The notes below the pieces were generated by a model. The model saw only the letters and a program-made list of their open reading frames with translations. It was not told where the DNA came from and searched no databases. From contig CBDBZY010000033.1 of NCBI GenBank assembly GCA_965213685.1, positions 1-57,894 on the forward strand: a stretch of 57,894 nt of DNA, given 5' to 3'. Of this stretch, positions 21,987 to 32,952 are shown one piece after another. A program made the position numbers and the translations under genes. Within the stretch, counting starts at the first letter, position 1. Each line of letters starts with the position of its first letter. The DNA comes from a bacterium. GTDB lineage: Bacteria > UBA8248.

Positions 21987-23006
21987 ATGCGCACGTATAT
22001 CATCAGACGCTGCCTGCAAAGCTTCATCGTGTTCGCGGCGATCCTGCTCATCGTGTTCTCGATGCTTCAGATCACCGGCAACCCGGCGGCCGTTTTGATG
22101 CCGCTCGACTCCTCGGAGGAGGACATCCAGGCGTTCAGCCAGGAGATGGGCTTCGATCAGCCCATACCGATCCAATTCGCCAAGTTCATCCTCGGCTCGG
22201 ACCTCGTGGACGACCTGTTCGGGCTCGAGAAGTCGAAAGCGATAGTCGATGAGGCCGAACGCGACCCCGACGCGCCCAAGATCGTCCGTACCAAGGGGGT
22301 GATCCTCGGGGATTTCGGCTTCTCCTACAGGCATGAGATCCCGGCGATGGGGCTCGTGCTCGAACACTTCCCGAACACTGTGCTCCTCGCCTTCGTGGCG
22401 GTGCTCATCGCCGTGGTGATCTCGATACCCGCGGGCGTCCTCTCGGCCACCTTCCGCAACACGTGGATCGACTACACGAGCTCGGTCGGGGCGATGTTCG
22501 GCCAGTCGATGCCGAACTTCTGGCTCGGGCTTCTGCTCATCATCTTCTTCGCCGTGTATCTGGGCTGGCTGCCCACGTCGGGCTTCGACGCCTGGTACTA
22601 CATCATCCTGCCGGCGATCACCGCCGGCCTCTACGCCACCGCGCGCATCACGCGCCTGGTGCGCTCCCAGATGCTCGAGGTGCTGGGGATGGACTACGTG
22701 CGCACGGCGCGCTCGAAGGGGATCGTGGAGTGGCTGGTGGTGGTGCGCCACGCCCTCAAGAACGCATCCATCCCCGTCGTCACCCTGGTCGGCTTCGAGC
22801 TGGGCATTCTGCTCGGCGGCACTGTGGTGACGGAGGCCGTTTTCGCGTGGCCGGGCGTGGGCTTCTTGGTGGTGGACGCGATCAACAACCAGGACTACCC
22901 CATCGTGCAGGCGGCGGTGGCGCTGCTCGCGTTCGTGTTTGTCTTCGTGAATCTCGTGGTGGACATATTGTATGCTTGGCTCGACCCGAGAATTTCATAT
23001 AGCTGA
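21987..23006 (+). CDS. Peptide ABC transporter permease (DppB/OppB-like)
   Basis: GDFGFSY, MPNFWLG, DYVRTARSKG, VFAWPGVG, LDPRI. Confidence 0.93.
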   Translation: MRTYIIRRCLQSFIVFAAILLIVFSMLQITGNPAAVLMPLDSSEEDIQAFSQEMGFDQPIPIQFAKFILGSDLVDDLFGLEKSKAIVDEAERDPDAPKIVRTKGVILGDFGFSYRHEIPAMGLVLEHFPNTVLLAFVAVLIAVVISIPAGVLSATFRNTWIDYTSSVGAMFGQSMPNFWLGLLLIIFFAVYLGWLPTSGFDAWYYIILPAITAGLYATARITRLVRSQMLEVLGMDYVRTARSKGIVEWLVVVRHALKNASIPVVTLVGFELGILLGGTVVTEAVFAWPGVGFLVVDAINNQDYPIVQAAVALLAFVFVFVNLVVDILYAWLDPRISYS

Positions 23007-23023
23007 GGGGATGGGGGCGCGTT

Positions 23024-23953
23024 ATGGCTGTGGACGACAGGACGGCGACGCTCAACGTGGAGATCGATGAGGACGTCGGGCGCGGGCCGACCGATTTTCA
23101 GCTGGCACTCCAGGAGCTCCGGCGCAGGCCGCCGGCGATTTTCGGGGCGGCGTTCGTCGCCGTCGTCATCATTTTCGCCCTCATACCGGAGCTGTTCTCT
23201 CCGCTGGACCCGCTCTCCCAGGATTTGGGGCGATACCTGAAGCCGCCCGGCTACGTCGACAAGGCGGGCGACGTGTACTGGCTGGGGACGGACCAGCAGG
23301 GCCGCGACATCCTGAGCCGCATCATCTGGGGTTCGCGCATCTCGCTCATCGTCGGCATCGCCGCCGTTCTCGTGAGCGGACTCATCGGCATCACGGTCGG
23401 CATCTTCGCGGGCTACTTCGGCGGATGGGTGGACACCGTCATCAGCCGCATCATCGATACGGCACTGGCCGTTCCCTTCATCCTTCTGGCCATCAGCCTG
23501 GTGGCGATACTGGGGCCGAGCCTGCAAAACATCGTCCTGGTCATCGCGCTGCGGACCTGGCTCGTCTACGCGCGGGTGGTGCGCGCGGAGGTTCTCTCCA
23601 TCAAGGAGAACGAGTTCATCACCGGAGCGCAAGCCACCGGCTGCGGCACAATGCGGATATTGTTCGTCTATCTCTTCCCGAACGTCGCCTCGACGACCAT
23701 CGTCATCGCCACGTTGTATCTGGGCCGGATGATCATCATCGAATCCGCCCTCTCCTTCCTGGGGCTGGGCGTCCCGCCCCCCACCCCGACCTGGGGCGGA
23801 ATGCTCGCCGACGGCAGGAGTTTCCTGGATACCGCCTGGTGGATCGCGCTCTTCCCGGGCCTCATCTTGATGCTCACCGTCCTGAGCGTGAACCTTCTGG
23901 GCGACTGGCTGCGCGACGTGCTGGACCCGAGAATGAAGCGCCTGGCCGAATAG
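23024..23953 (+). CDS. Peptide ABC transporter permease (DppC/OppC-like)
   Basis: LGTDQQGRD, ESALSFLGLGVPPPTPTWG, LGDWLRDVLDPR. Confidence 0.93.
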   Translation: MAVDDRTATLNVEIDEDVGRGPTDFQLALQELRRRPPAIFGAAFVAVVIIFALIPELFSPLDPLSQDLGRYLKPPGYVDKAGDVYWLGTDQQGRDILSRIIWGSRISLIVGIAAVLVSGLIGITVGIFAGYFGGWVDTVISRIIDTALAVPFILLAISLVAILGPSLQNIVLVIALRTWLVYARVVRAEVLSIKENEFITGAQATGCGTMRILFVYLFPNVASTTIVIATLYLGRMIIIESALSFLGLGVPPPTPTWGGMLADGRSFLDTAWWIALFPGLILMLTVLSVNLLGDWLRDVLDPRMKRLAE

Positions 23954-23976
23954 CGTCCAACCCGGAGGCCGCCCCC

Positions 23977-24970
23977 ATGCCGGATGCGAATGTTCCCCCG
24001 AGCGTTCTCGTGCGCGACGTCGTGATGCGCGACGGCATCCAGAACCTCAAGCAGACGCTGCCCACCGACCTGAAAGTCGAGATTATCGAGGGGCTCGCCG
24101 ACGCCGGCGTTCGCCGCATCGAGGCCACGAGCTTCATGAACCCCAAGGCGGTGCCCGCCACCGCGGACGCCGATGAGGTGATGCGCCGCATCCGGAGAAA
24201 GCCGGGCGTGCGGTATGAGGCGCTGGTCGCCAACGGGCGCGGGGCGCGCCGGGCGGTGGAGGCCGGGTGCGACGGCGTCCAGCAGGTCATCTCCCTGACG
24301 GATGTCCACAACCGGGCGAACGTGAACCGCTCCGTCAAGCAGAGCCTGGAGGAGATGGGCGCGGTGGCCGGCATCGTGAAGGGCGCCGGCGTCCCCTTCA
24401 GCGGGGCGATCAGCCTGGCGACGGGGTGCCCCTACACCGGGCGGGTGGCGGAGGCGGCGGTGTACGAGCTGGCCGGGAAATACCACGCGCTGGGCGTGGA
24501 CGAGGTGTTTTTGTGCGATTCGATGGGCATGGGCGACCCCGCCCGCATGGCGCGCATGGTGCGGGAGTTCCGGTGCCGCTGGCCGGAGAAGGGGCTGGTC
24601 GTCCACATCCACAACACGCGCGGGATGGGGCTCGCCAACGCCCTGGCCTCGATGCAGGCGGGAGTGCGGGTGCTGGACGCCTCGCTCGGCGGCATCGGCG
24701 GGTGCCCCTTCGCACCGGGTGCTTCCGGCAACATCTCCACGGAGGATTTGGCCCACATGCTCTGGCTGATGGAGGTGGAGACGGGTCTCGACGTGGACGC
24801 CCTCATCGCCCTGGCGGGAAGGCTGGCGGACGCCCTGGAGGCGCCCCTGCACGGCGCGGTGCTCCGGGCGGGGGAAGAGCTTCGCCCGAACCCCCATCCC
24901 CGAGGGGCTGCTCGTGGACGAGGACGCCCGAACCACCCAGGCGGTGGAGGCGCTCGCCGAGCGGGTGTAG
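23977..24970 (+). CDS. Hydroxymethylglutaryl-CoA lyase family (frameshift near 24872)
   Basis: RDGIQN, HIHNTRGMGLAN, GGCPFAPGASGNISTED; the corrected tail ends ALAERV* at 24970. Confidence 0.88.
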
Positions 24971-25022
24971 GGGCGCGCGGGGGGCCTCTGTGCGGACGGG
25001 AGCGCGTCCCCTCCCCCTTCCA

Positions 25023-26235
25023 TCAATCCGGGTCGATCCCCGCGCTCCGGAGCCGCTCCTCCGCGTAGCCTAAGCGCTCCACCAGAATCTCCCGGTTGCT
25101 GCTGCCCAGCGGCTCGCCCGCGTGGCGGATTTTGCCCGGCGTGCGGGAGAGCCTGCCGAAAACCTCCTGCATTCTCACCGGCCCGCCGAGCTCCGCATCC
25201 TCCAGCCTGGCGATGTTCCCGCGGGCGCGGACCTGCTCGTTTTCCACCACCATGCGGACGTCGTTGATGGGCGTGGCGGCGCCGTCGCACGCCGTCAGGC
25301 GGCCCATCACCTCGTCGAGCGTGAGGGTCGCGACGGTCTTCTGGAGTTCGTCCTCCAGGGCGTCGGGGTTTTTCATGCGCTCGCGGTTGTCCGCGAACCT
25401 GGGGTCCGCGACGAGGTCCTCCCGCCCCAGTCCCTCGCAGATGTTCTCGAATATCGACTGGTTCGAGCCCGCGATGAGCACCCACTGTCCGTCCGCGGTC
25501 CGAAAGCTGTTTCTGGGAACCGCGAACTCCAGGCGCGAGCCGCTTCTGCCCTGGATGAAGCCGAGCTGATCGTAATAGATCACCTGGGGGGCCCAGCATG
25601 GTGAGCAGGTGCTCGTAGATCGCCAGGTCTATCCGCTGGCCCGCCCCGCCCCGCTTTTCGCGCTCGAGGAGGGCGACCATCACCAGGAACGCGGCGGCGA
25701 TGCCCGTCGAGCAGTCGCCCAGTCCCCAGGAGGGGCTCAGGGGCGGGCCGTCCGCGTGGCCGTTGATGTGGCTGAATCCCGCGAAGGCCTCGGCGATGGA
25801 GCCGAAGCCCGGGCGGTTCCGGTAGGGGCCCGTCTGGCCGAAGCCCGTGATGGACAGCATGATGATGGCGGGGTTCGCCTCCCGGAGCGCCTCGTAGTCC
25901 AGCCCCCATTTCCGCAGCACGCCGGTGCGGTAGTTCTCCACCACGACGTCGGCTTCGGCCACGAGCCTCTTCACCGCCTCGACGCCGAGGGGGGTTCTCA
26001 GGTCGAGGGTCACGCTCTTCTTGTTGCGATTGATCATCTTGTAGTAGAGGCCCACGCCGTTCTTGTCGTGGCCCCAAAGGCGCATGGGGTCTCCGCCCTT
26101 CGGGTTTTCGACCTTGACGACCTCGGCGCCGTAGTCCGCCAGATACATGGTCGACAAGGGCCCCGCCAGATAATTCGACATGTCCACCACCCGCACGCCC
26201 TCCAGGGGCATGGGCGCGTTCTTCGCGTCGTTCAT
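25023..26235 (-). CDS. Family III CoA transferase (CaiB/BaiF; frameshift near 25588)
   Basis: LEGVRVVD, GAEVVKVE, NRNKKS, VVENYR, GFGQTGP; continues in ORF 25023..25583 after a 6-base homopolymer. Confidence 0.9.
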
Positions 26236-26367
26236 GGGCAATCCCCGAAAACGAAAGAGTTTCCCTCCCGCGCGTTCACCGCATGCGGGGGAGAATGCTA
26301 TCATCTGGTCGTCTCCCGTGGAAATCGGAGCGGTTTTCTCTGTCCCATCTTCTTGGAGGGGTACAAC

Positions 26368-26760
26368 ATGTCCATGCCCGTCTACGGATACGATCACCTG
26401 CATTTCCGCAGCGAGGACCCCCACGCCGCCAGAAAGTTCTGGGAGGAGATGTTCGGGGCGAGGGTGGTGGACGAGGGCGACCTGGGCGGCTCGCCGATTT
26501 TCAGCCTCGACCTGAACGGAATGCGCTTCCTCGTCTCCGGCCGGGCGGAGGGGGAGGACCCTGTCCGCACCACCAGCGACCCGCGCTACGGGCTCGACCA
26601 CTTCGGCCTCATCGTCGACGACATGGATCGGGCGGAGAGCGACCTGCGCGCGAAGGGCGCCGAGTTCATCTGCGACCCCTGGGAGATCGGCCCGGGCACG
26701 AAAATCGCCTTCGTTCGGGGGCCGGACGACATCAGCATCGAGCTCGTCGCGCGCGGCTAA
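26368..26760 (+). CDS. VOC/glyoxalase family protein
   Basis: DHLHFRSED, LDHFGL, FVRGPDDISIEL. Confidence 0.88.
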   Translation: MSMPVYGYDHLHFRSEDPHAARKFWEEMFGARVVDEGDLGGSPIFSLDLNGMRFLVSGRAEGEDPVRTTSDPRYGLDHFGLIVDDMDRAESDLRAKGAEFICDPWEIGPGTKIAFVRGPDDISIELVARG

Positions 26761-26846
26761 ACGAAAATCCGGGGGGCTTTTCGGCGCGCGCCGGAATCCG
26801 CGTTTCCGGGGAGCGGGGCGCCGGGCCGCTGCGGCCGGGAGGCCGG

Positions 26847-26875
26847 TTGACAGGGCGGGGGAATCCTGTTAGCGT
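26847..26875 (+). promoter_or_regulatory. Putative sigma70 promoter of the sugar ABC operon
   Basis: TTGACA-17 bp-TAGCGT with an extended -10 TG. Confidence 0.55.
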
Positions 26876-27149
26876 TCTTCTTTGCCTGTCATATGGAAGT
26901 GACGCTTGGTTTTGGGGAATTTTCGAGCGCCGGAGAGTGGGGATAGCGAACCGGTGGCGTCGTCGTCTTCAGAGCTGTAGGCCCCCGCTTCACGTCCCGT
27001 CTCTGCGCCGCAACGATCCGAGTGAATCAGGAGGCCCCGCCTCGGGGTCTCGCCAAGAGGCTTCCGGTATGGTTCTGCCCCCGATGGTGGACCGCCCATG
27101 CCATGGGGGGATCGCGCGTTCTCCTGGGCGACACGGTGGAGGGTTGGCC

Positions 27150-28490
27150 ATGAAAAAACTCGGGTGGAGTCGTCGGAAACTTCTTCGCAACGCGGCACTG
27201 GGAGCGGCCTCCTTGGCCTTGCCCCTGCCGGGTGCGCGGCGCGCGGCGGCGGCGGCCGTCAAGAACCTCAACTTCTACAGCTGGACCTACGGCATCAGCT
27301 TCGTGAAGCAGCGCATCGCCGAATTCGAGAAGCTCGCGAACGTCAAGATCAACTACGGCAACACGCCCGGCAGCAAGTACCACGACGCCCTGGTCGTCAA
27401 GTTCTCGGGGAAGGCGCCCCTCGACGTCATCTACATGATCGACGGGCACCTCGCCGAGTTCGTCGAGGCGGGCTGGCTGCATCCCATCGACGAATTTCCG
27501 CGGGTGGACGAGTACAGAAAGGAGTTCATCGGCCCGACCGCCGACGCGCTCACCTACGAGGGGAAACTCTACGGCCTGCCCTACTACGTGGGCCACATGG
27601 CCTTCCTCTACAACGAGGAGTACCTCGAGAAGGCGGGCATCGGCGCCCCTCCCAAAACCTGGGACGAGGTGGTGCAGCAGAGCCTGCAGATCAAGAGCAA
27701 GGGCATACAGGAGTATCCCTTCCTGCAATTTCTGAAGGCCGACTTCTGGATGGGGGAGATGCTCTTCACCATGATGTACAGCCGGGGCGGGGGGTTGGTC
27801 GACGCGAAATACGATCCGCTCGACTACGCCCGGAAAGATTCCGCCGCCGCGCAGTCCATCCAGTGGATCATCGACGCCGCCCAGAAGCATAAAATCGTGC
27901 AACCGGGCTTCCTGGAGCTGAACGAGGTCGCCGCGCTCAAGGCCTTCAGCAGCGGCACGGGCGCCTTCACCATTCTCCCGAATTACCGGCTGCGCGCCGC
28001 GAACGAGCCCAAGTCCTCCCAGGTGGCCGGCAAGATCAAGATGGCGCTCATGCCCACCGCCAACAACTCCAAGCCCCACGTCTGCGGCTGGACGCGCTGC
28101 TACAGCATGACCGCCCAGGCCGCGAAGGACCCCGCGCGCAAGGCGATGTCCTGGAGGATGGTGGACTTCCTCGGGGGCAAGGACAAGACGGGCAGCTACC
28201 GCACCGCGAAGAAGTGGTTCACCGAGTTCGGCCTGGGCTTCGGCCACGCGCCGCTGTTCCAGGACCCCGACGTCATCAAGGCTGCGAACGAATGGGGCGA
28301 GGCGAAGCTGTTTGAAAGCCAGATGGCCCTCAGCAAGCCCAAGGACGGCCAGAAGGCCGTCTGGTACGCCGAGTGGGACCAGTACATGCGCCCGCGCGTC
28401 CACAAGGCGATCCTGGGCCAGTCCGACCTCGTGGGCACTCTCGGCACCTTGTCCAAGCAATGGAAGAGACTCAAGAGGCGCTACGGCTAG
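27150..28490 (+). CDS. CUT1 ABC substrate-binding protein with Tat signal
   Basis: SRRKLL twin-arginine leader; GKLYGLPYY, LYNEEYLEKAG, PPKTWDE. Confidence 0.9.
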   Translation: MKKLGWSRRKLLRNAALGAASLALPLPGARRAAAAAVKNLNFYSWTYGISFVKQRIAEFEKLANVKINYGNTPGSKYHDALVVKFSGKAPLDVIYMIDGHLAEFVEAGWLHPIDEFPRVDEYRKEFIGPTADALTYEGKLYGLPYYVGHMAFLYNEEYLEKAGIGAPPKTWDEVVQQSLQIKSKGIQEYPFLQFLKADFWMGEMLFTMMYSRGGGLVDAKYDPLDYARKDSAAAQSIQWIIDAAQKHKIVQPGFLELNEVAALKAFSSGTGAFTILPNYRLRAANEPKSSQVAGKIKMALMPTANNSKPHVCGWTRCYSMTAQAAKDPARKAMSWRMVDFLGGKDKTGSYRTAKKWFTEFGLGFGHAPLFQDPDVIKAANEWGEAKLFESQMALSKPKDGQKAVWYAEWDQYMRPRVHKAILGQSDLVGTLGTLSKQWKRLKRRYG

Positions 28491-28556
28491 ACGCCCCGGC
28501 GCTACCCCCCCTCCTCTGGGTTGCCCCCCGCGCGGGGCCGCGCGGAGGAGGGGGCG

Positions 28557-29525
28557 ATGGAGGCTTCCTTGGCGAACTCCCCGTCCCCCGAAAGGCCAGA
28601 AGAGCCCCCCGCCCCGGCGGGCGTGCGGGGCTGGTTCGTCCGCCGGGCGCGGACGGAGGGCGGGGTCGCGGCGCTCTTCGTGGGGCCCGCCCTGCTGCTC
28701 ATGGTACTGCTCAACATCTATCCCATCCTGCACTCCTTCTACGTCAGCGTGCACGTCTACAACCTCAAGCGGCCCCACCGGAACCCCTACGTGGGGCTGG
28801 AGAACTACTGGATGTTCCTGGAGAGCGAGGATTTCTACAACGCGATCTCGAACACGGGCGTTTTCGTCGTGGTCTCGGTGATAGCGGTGGCCTTGCTCGG
28901 GCTCGTCTTCGCCCTGACGCTGAACGAACTGGGGGCGGGAGTCCGCAGGTGGGCGGTGCCGCTGATACTCATCCCCTGGGCGGTGCCCTACGTCGCGAAC
29001 GGCCTCATCTGGGAGTGGATATACCATTCGGACTACGGGGTGTTGAACGGGTTTCTGGTTTCCCTGGGGGTCATCGAGAAGTATCAGACGTGGCTCAGCA
29101 ACCCGTCCCGGGCCCTCTACACCCTGGTCAACGCCTTCGTCTGGAAGGAGGCGCCCCTGGCCACCGTCCTGTTTCTCACGGCCCTCCAGGCCATCCCGGA
29201 GGATCTCTACAACGCGGCGCGGCTCGACCAGGCCGGCGCGTCGAGGCGCTTCGTCCACATCACCCTGCCGGGGCTCAAGCTGGCCTTTCTCCTGGTGCTG
29301 GTCTACACCTCGATCATCTCGATCAAGACCTTCGACCTCGTCTACATCCTGACCGAGGGGGGGCCGGGGGACGCGACCGCCCTCGTCTCCTGGTACACCT
29401 ACGTGGAGACCTTCCGGAACCTGCAGTTCGGCTACGGCGCCTCCATCTCCTACCTGATCGCCGTCGCCACCTTCATCCTGGCGATTGGCTACATCAAGAT
29501 TCTCTACCGGCCCCAGGAGGGATGA
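28557..29525 (+). CDS. Carbohydrate ABC permease (UgpA/MalF-like)
   Basis: VGLENY, LQAIPEDLYNAARLD EAA loop, LTEGGPG. Confidence 0.92.
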   Translation: MEASLANSPSPERPEEPPAPAGVRGWFVRRARTEGGVAALFVGPALLLMVLLNIYPILHSFYVSVHVYNLKRPHRNPYVGLENYWMFLESEDFYNAISNTGVFVVVSVIAVALLGLVFALTLNELGAGVRRWAVPLILIPWAVPYVANGLIWEWIYHSDYGVLNGFLVSLGVIEKYQTWLSNPSRALYTLVNAFVWKEAPLATVLFLTALQAIPEDLYNAARLDQAGASRRFVHITLPGLKLAFLLVLVYTSIISIKTFDLVYILTEGGPGDATALVSWYTYVETFRNLQFGYGASISYLIAVATFILAIGYIKILYRPQEG

Positions 29526-29529
29526 CGCC

Positions 29530-30468
29530 ATGAGTGCGCCGCGCACCCCCGACGTCCGGACCGTGGAGAGATACCGCCGCGCCGCCATCCTCGGGCGCGT
29601 CGCCCTGTGGCTGATCGTCGCCGCCATGCTCTTCTACGCCATCTCCCCCTTCTACTGGATGCTGAATTCGAGCCTCCAGTTCGAGAAGGACGTCGTCTCG
29701 GTGCCGCCAAACTGGCTTCCCCCCGAGGTCAACGTCGGAAACTACGCGGAGATCATCCTCCGAAAGCCCGCCGACACGAGCGTCGCTTTCGACAAGAAGA
29801 TGGCCGGGTATTCCACGTTTCCCACCGCCGACGTCCTGCCCTCGATGTGGAACAGCTTCGTCGTGGCCCTAGGCGTCATGATCGTCAACGTGGCCCTGGG
29901 CTGCCTGGCCGCCTACGGCTTCGCCCGCCTCCGCTTCGCCGGCAAGCAGTCGCTGTTCTACGTCGTGCTGGCGTCGCGAATCGTGCCCGAGGTGTCCCTG
30001 ATAGTCCCCTTTTATCTGCTGATCCGCTCGCTCGGGTTGCTGGACTCCTATCTGGGGCTCATCGTGGCCTATATCCCCATCTCCCTCCCCCTGGTGATCT
30101 TCGTGCTGGTCGCCTATTTCGAGACCGTGCCGCAGGAGATCGAAAGCGCCGCCCGGGTGGACGGTTGCGACCGCTTCCAGACGCTCTGGCGGGTGATCTT
30201 GCCGCTTTCCGCGCCGGCCATCGTCACCGCCTCGGTGTTCGCGTTCCTCACGAGCTGGAACGAATTTCTCTTTCCGCTCGTTTTGACCCAGACGATGAAC
30301 AGCCGGCCCATCACGGTGACGCTGCTCGATTTCGTCTCCGAATTTTCGGTGAGCTACGCGCGGATGAACGCGGCGGGAGTCGCCTGCGTCGCCGTCCCCG
30401 TCGTCCTCGCCCTGATATTTCAGCGCTATTTCGTGCGCGGGCTGACCGCGGGCGCGGTGAAGGGCTAA
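29530..30468 (+). CDS. Carbohydrate ABC permease (UgpE/MalG-like)
   Basis: EIESAARVDG, SWNEFL, QRYFVRGLTAGAVKG. Confidence 0.92.
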   Translation: MSAPRTPDVRTVERYRRAAILGRVALWLIVAAMLFYAISPFYWMLNSSLQFEKDVVSVPPNWLPPEVNVGNYAEIILRKPADTSVAFDKKMAGYSTFPTADVLPSMWNSFVVALGVMIVNVALGCLAAYGFARLRFAGKQSLFYVVLASRIVPEVSLIVPFYLLIRSLGLLDSYLGLIVAYIPISLPLVIFVLVAYFETVPQEIESAARVDGCDRFQTLWRVILPLSAPAIVTASVFAFLTSWNEFLFPLVLTQTMNSRPITVTLLDFVSEFSVSYARMNAAGVACVAVPVVLALIFQRYFVRGLTAGAVKG

Positions 30469-30498
30469 CCGGCTTTCCAAGAGGAGCAGGAGGGGAGA

Positions 30499-31581
30499 AT
30501 GGCGAAGGTCGTCCTGCAGGATTTGAGCAAGAACTATGGCGAGGTCGTCGCCGTCGACCACGTCCACCTGGAGATCGCCGACGGCAGGTTCGTCGTGCTC
30601 CTGGGTCCGTCCGGCTGCGGGAAAACCACCATCCTGAACATGGTCGCGGGGCTGGTGGAGCCCACGGGGGGCGCCATTCTCATCGACGGGCTGGACGTGC
30701 GCCACATTCCGGCGCATCGGCGGAACATGGCCATGGTGTTCCAGAGCTACGCGCTCTATCCCCATCTGCGGGTGCGGGACAACCTGGCCTTCCCCTTGCG
30801 GATGATGAAGATGCCCAGGGCGCGGATGGAGGAGAAGGTGCGCTGGGCGGCCGAGGCGCTGAGCATCGAGGAGTTGCTGGACCGCAGGCCGCGCGAACTC
30901 TCCGGCGGACAGCGGCAGCGGGTGGCGCTGGGCCGGGCGATCGTCCGGGAGCCCTGGGCCTTTCTCATGGACGAGCCCCTCTCGAACCTCGACGCGGCGC
31001 TGCGGGTCGAGATGCGCGCGGAACTGAAAAAGCTCCACCGGCGCCTCGAGACGACCATGATCTACGTGACCCACGACCAGGTGGAGGCGCTGAACATGGC
31101 CGATGAGATCGCGCTCCTCCGCGACGGCGTGCTGCAGCAGTACGGCTCTCCGTACGCCGTCTACCACCAGCCGGCCAACACGTTCGTGGCGCAGTTCGTG
31201 GGGACGCCGCCGATGAACCTCATCCCCGGGTCGCTGGTGCGGGAGGATGAGGGGCTGCGCTTCCGCCACCCGAACTTCACGGTGACGCCCCCGCCGGAGC
31301 AGCGGCGGCGGCTGGAGGAGGAGACGCGGGAGCGGGTGATTCTGGGGGTCCGTCCGGAGGACGTCATCGTGGAGGCCGCCGGCGGCAGCGGCCGCCTGAG
31401 CAGGGTGCTGCTCCTGGAGCCCTATGGGGCGGACCAGGTTCTCGAACTCGACTTCGAGGACCTCTCGCTCATGGCGCGCACCAGCTCCGCCTTCCGGGTG
31501 GACATGGGGGATGACGTCCGGGTGCGGATGCGGGAGGAGAACCTGTTCTTCTTTGACGCCGAGACGGAACGCGCCATCTGA
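30499..31581 (+). CDS. ABC ATP-binding protein (MalK/UgpC-like)
   Basis: GPSGCGKT, LSGGQRQR, DEPLSNLD, YVTHDQ. Confidence 0.95.
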   Translation: MAKVVLQDLSKNYGEVVAVDHVHLEIADGRFVVLLGPSGCGKTTILNMVAGLVEPTGGAILIDGLDVRHIPAHRRNMAMVFQSYALYPHLRVRDNLAFPLRMMKMPRARMEEKVRWAAEALSIEELLDRRPRELSGGQRQRVALGRAIVREPWAFLMDEPLSNLDAALRVEMRAELKKLHRRLETTMIYVTHDQVEALNMADEIALLRDGVLQQYGSPYAVYHQPANTFVAQFVGTPPMNLIPGSLVREDEGLRFRHPNFTVTPPPEQRRRLEEETRERVILGVRPEDVIVEAAGGSGRLSRVLLLEPYGADQVLELDFEDLSLMARTSSAFRVDMGDDVRVRMREENLFFFDAETERAI

Positions 31582-31678
31582 CCCCCCGCGCGCCTCTCCC
31601 GCGCTCGAGGCGAAGAGGGCGGCGAGGAGGGGGGCGGACCCGCGGGCCCCCGGCGTCTCCCCGGAACTCCCGCGCGGA

Positions 31679-32452
31679 CTAGGGGTAGACCTCCTGGATG
31701 CCGAAATACTCCGGGTGGAAATTCTCCACGATTTCGGCGACCTTGGCCGCACACGCCTCGAAGTAGCGGCGGCCCGCCTCCGGGGTGGCGCGTCGCGGGT
31801 CTCCGTAGACGCCGTTGTGCGCGCGGCTGTCGGGGAGGCGGACGGCGGAGGTCACGCCGTGCCGATAGGAGAGTATCAGCTCCGGCTTGTACTCCCAGGC
31901 GCCGAGGCGGTCGACGCGCACCATGTCCGGGCGGATGTGCATCATGAAGGCCGTCTCGAACTCGTTCGCGTGGGTTCCCTCGCGGAAGTTGTCGCCGATG
32001 GCGTCGCAGGCCTCCTTGTCCACCATGAAATAGCTTCCCGCGGCGATGAGCACGTCCCCCCGCCGGCCGTAGCGGTCCATGAGCTGGAACATCATCGTCT
32101 GCAGCAGGGGGAGGTTGGGGTTGTGGCCGTTCAGGAAGAATATCCGCCGGAACCCGTTGCGCACGAGGCTCTCCGTGATTTCGCCGACGCAGGCCATGAA
32201 GGTCCGCGCCGTGAGGCTGATGGTGCCGGGGAAATTCTCCCAGACCTCCGAGTAGCCGTAGGGCAGCGGCGGGGCGACGAGGCAGCCCGTGCGCTCGCCG
32301 ACCTCCCGCGCCACCTCGTATGCGCTGGCGATGTCCACCTGGAGGGGCAGGTGCGGCCCGTGCTGCTCGGTGGAGCCCACGGGCTGGATGATGACGGGAT
32401 TCTCGGGCAACAGGTCGCGGACTTCGGTCCAGGTCATGTCGCTCAGCATCAT
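31679..32452 (-). CDS. Creatininase/creatinine amidohydrolase family protein
   Basis: PVGSTEQHGPHLP..D, NGHxxN, HANEFET, GVYGDP. Confidence 0.9.
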   Translation of the reverse strand: MMLSDMTWTEVRDLLPENPVIIQPVGSTEQHGPHLPLQVDIASAYEVAREVGERTGCLVAPPLPYGYSEVWENFPGTISLTARTFMACVGEITESLVRNGFRRIFFLNGHNPNLPLLQTMMFQLMDRYGRRGDVLIAAGSYFMVDKEACDAIGDNFREGTHANEFETAFMMHIRPDMVRVDRLGAWEYKPELILSYRHGVTSAVRLPDSRAHNGVYGDPRRATPEAGRRYFEACAAKVAEIVENFHPEYFGIQEVYP

Positions 32453-32952
32453 GGCGTGGTTTCCTCCACGGGGTTCCGGCCGGTGCCGGAGGGGGGTTCG
32501 GCGGGTTCGCCCTCGTAGGACTTGAAAAGCGCCAGGTCGAAGCCGTCGGGGTCATAGAAGATGGCGGCCCTCCAGTAGCGGCCCGCACCCCGCCACGTCA
32601 CCTGCGGCGGGCTCGCGAACCGCACGCCCCTGGAGACCAGGCGGGCGTAGGCGGCGTCCATGTCCTCGGGCTCGAAGGCGATGTGGCTGCTGCCCACGTC
32701 GTTGAGGGCCGGCGGATGGTCGTAGGGCTTCCCCTCCGCCTCGAGGAACTCGATGAGCTCGACGCGGGCACCCCCCGCCTCCAGCATGACGATCCGCAGC
32801 CGGCTCCCGGGCGTGGTCGAGGCCCTCTGTATTCCATCCTCGTCGGAGGAGATGTCCTCCACCACCCGGAATCCCAGGATGTCGCGGTAGAAGGCGAGCG
32901 ATCTCTCGACGTCCGAGACCGTTCTGCTGGAATGATGCATCGTCCCTATCAT
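32449..32952 (-). CDS. VOC family protein
   Basis: HHSSRTVSDVERSLAFYRDILG, ELIEF, HIAF, DPDG. Confidence 0.88.
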   Translation of the reverse strand: MIGTMHHSSRTVSDVERSLAFYRDILGFRVVEDISSDEDGIQRASTTPGSRLRIVMLEAGGARVELIEFLEAEGKPYDHPPALNDVGSSHIAFEPEDMDAAYARLVSRGVRFASPPQVTWRGAGRYWRAAIFYDPDGFDLALFKSYEGEPAEPPSGTGRNPVEETTP

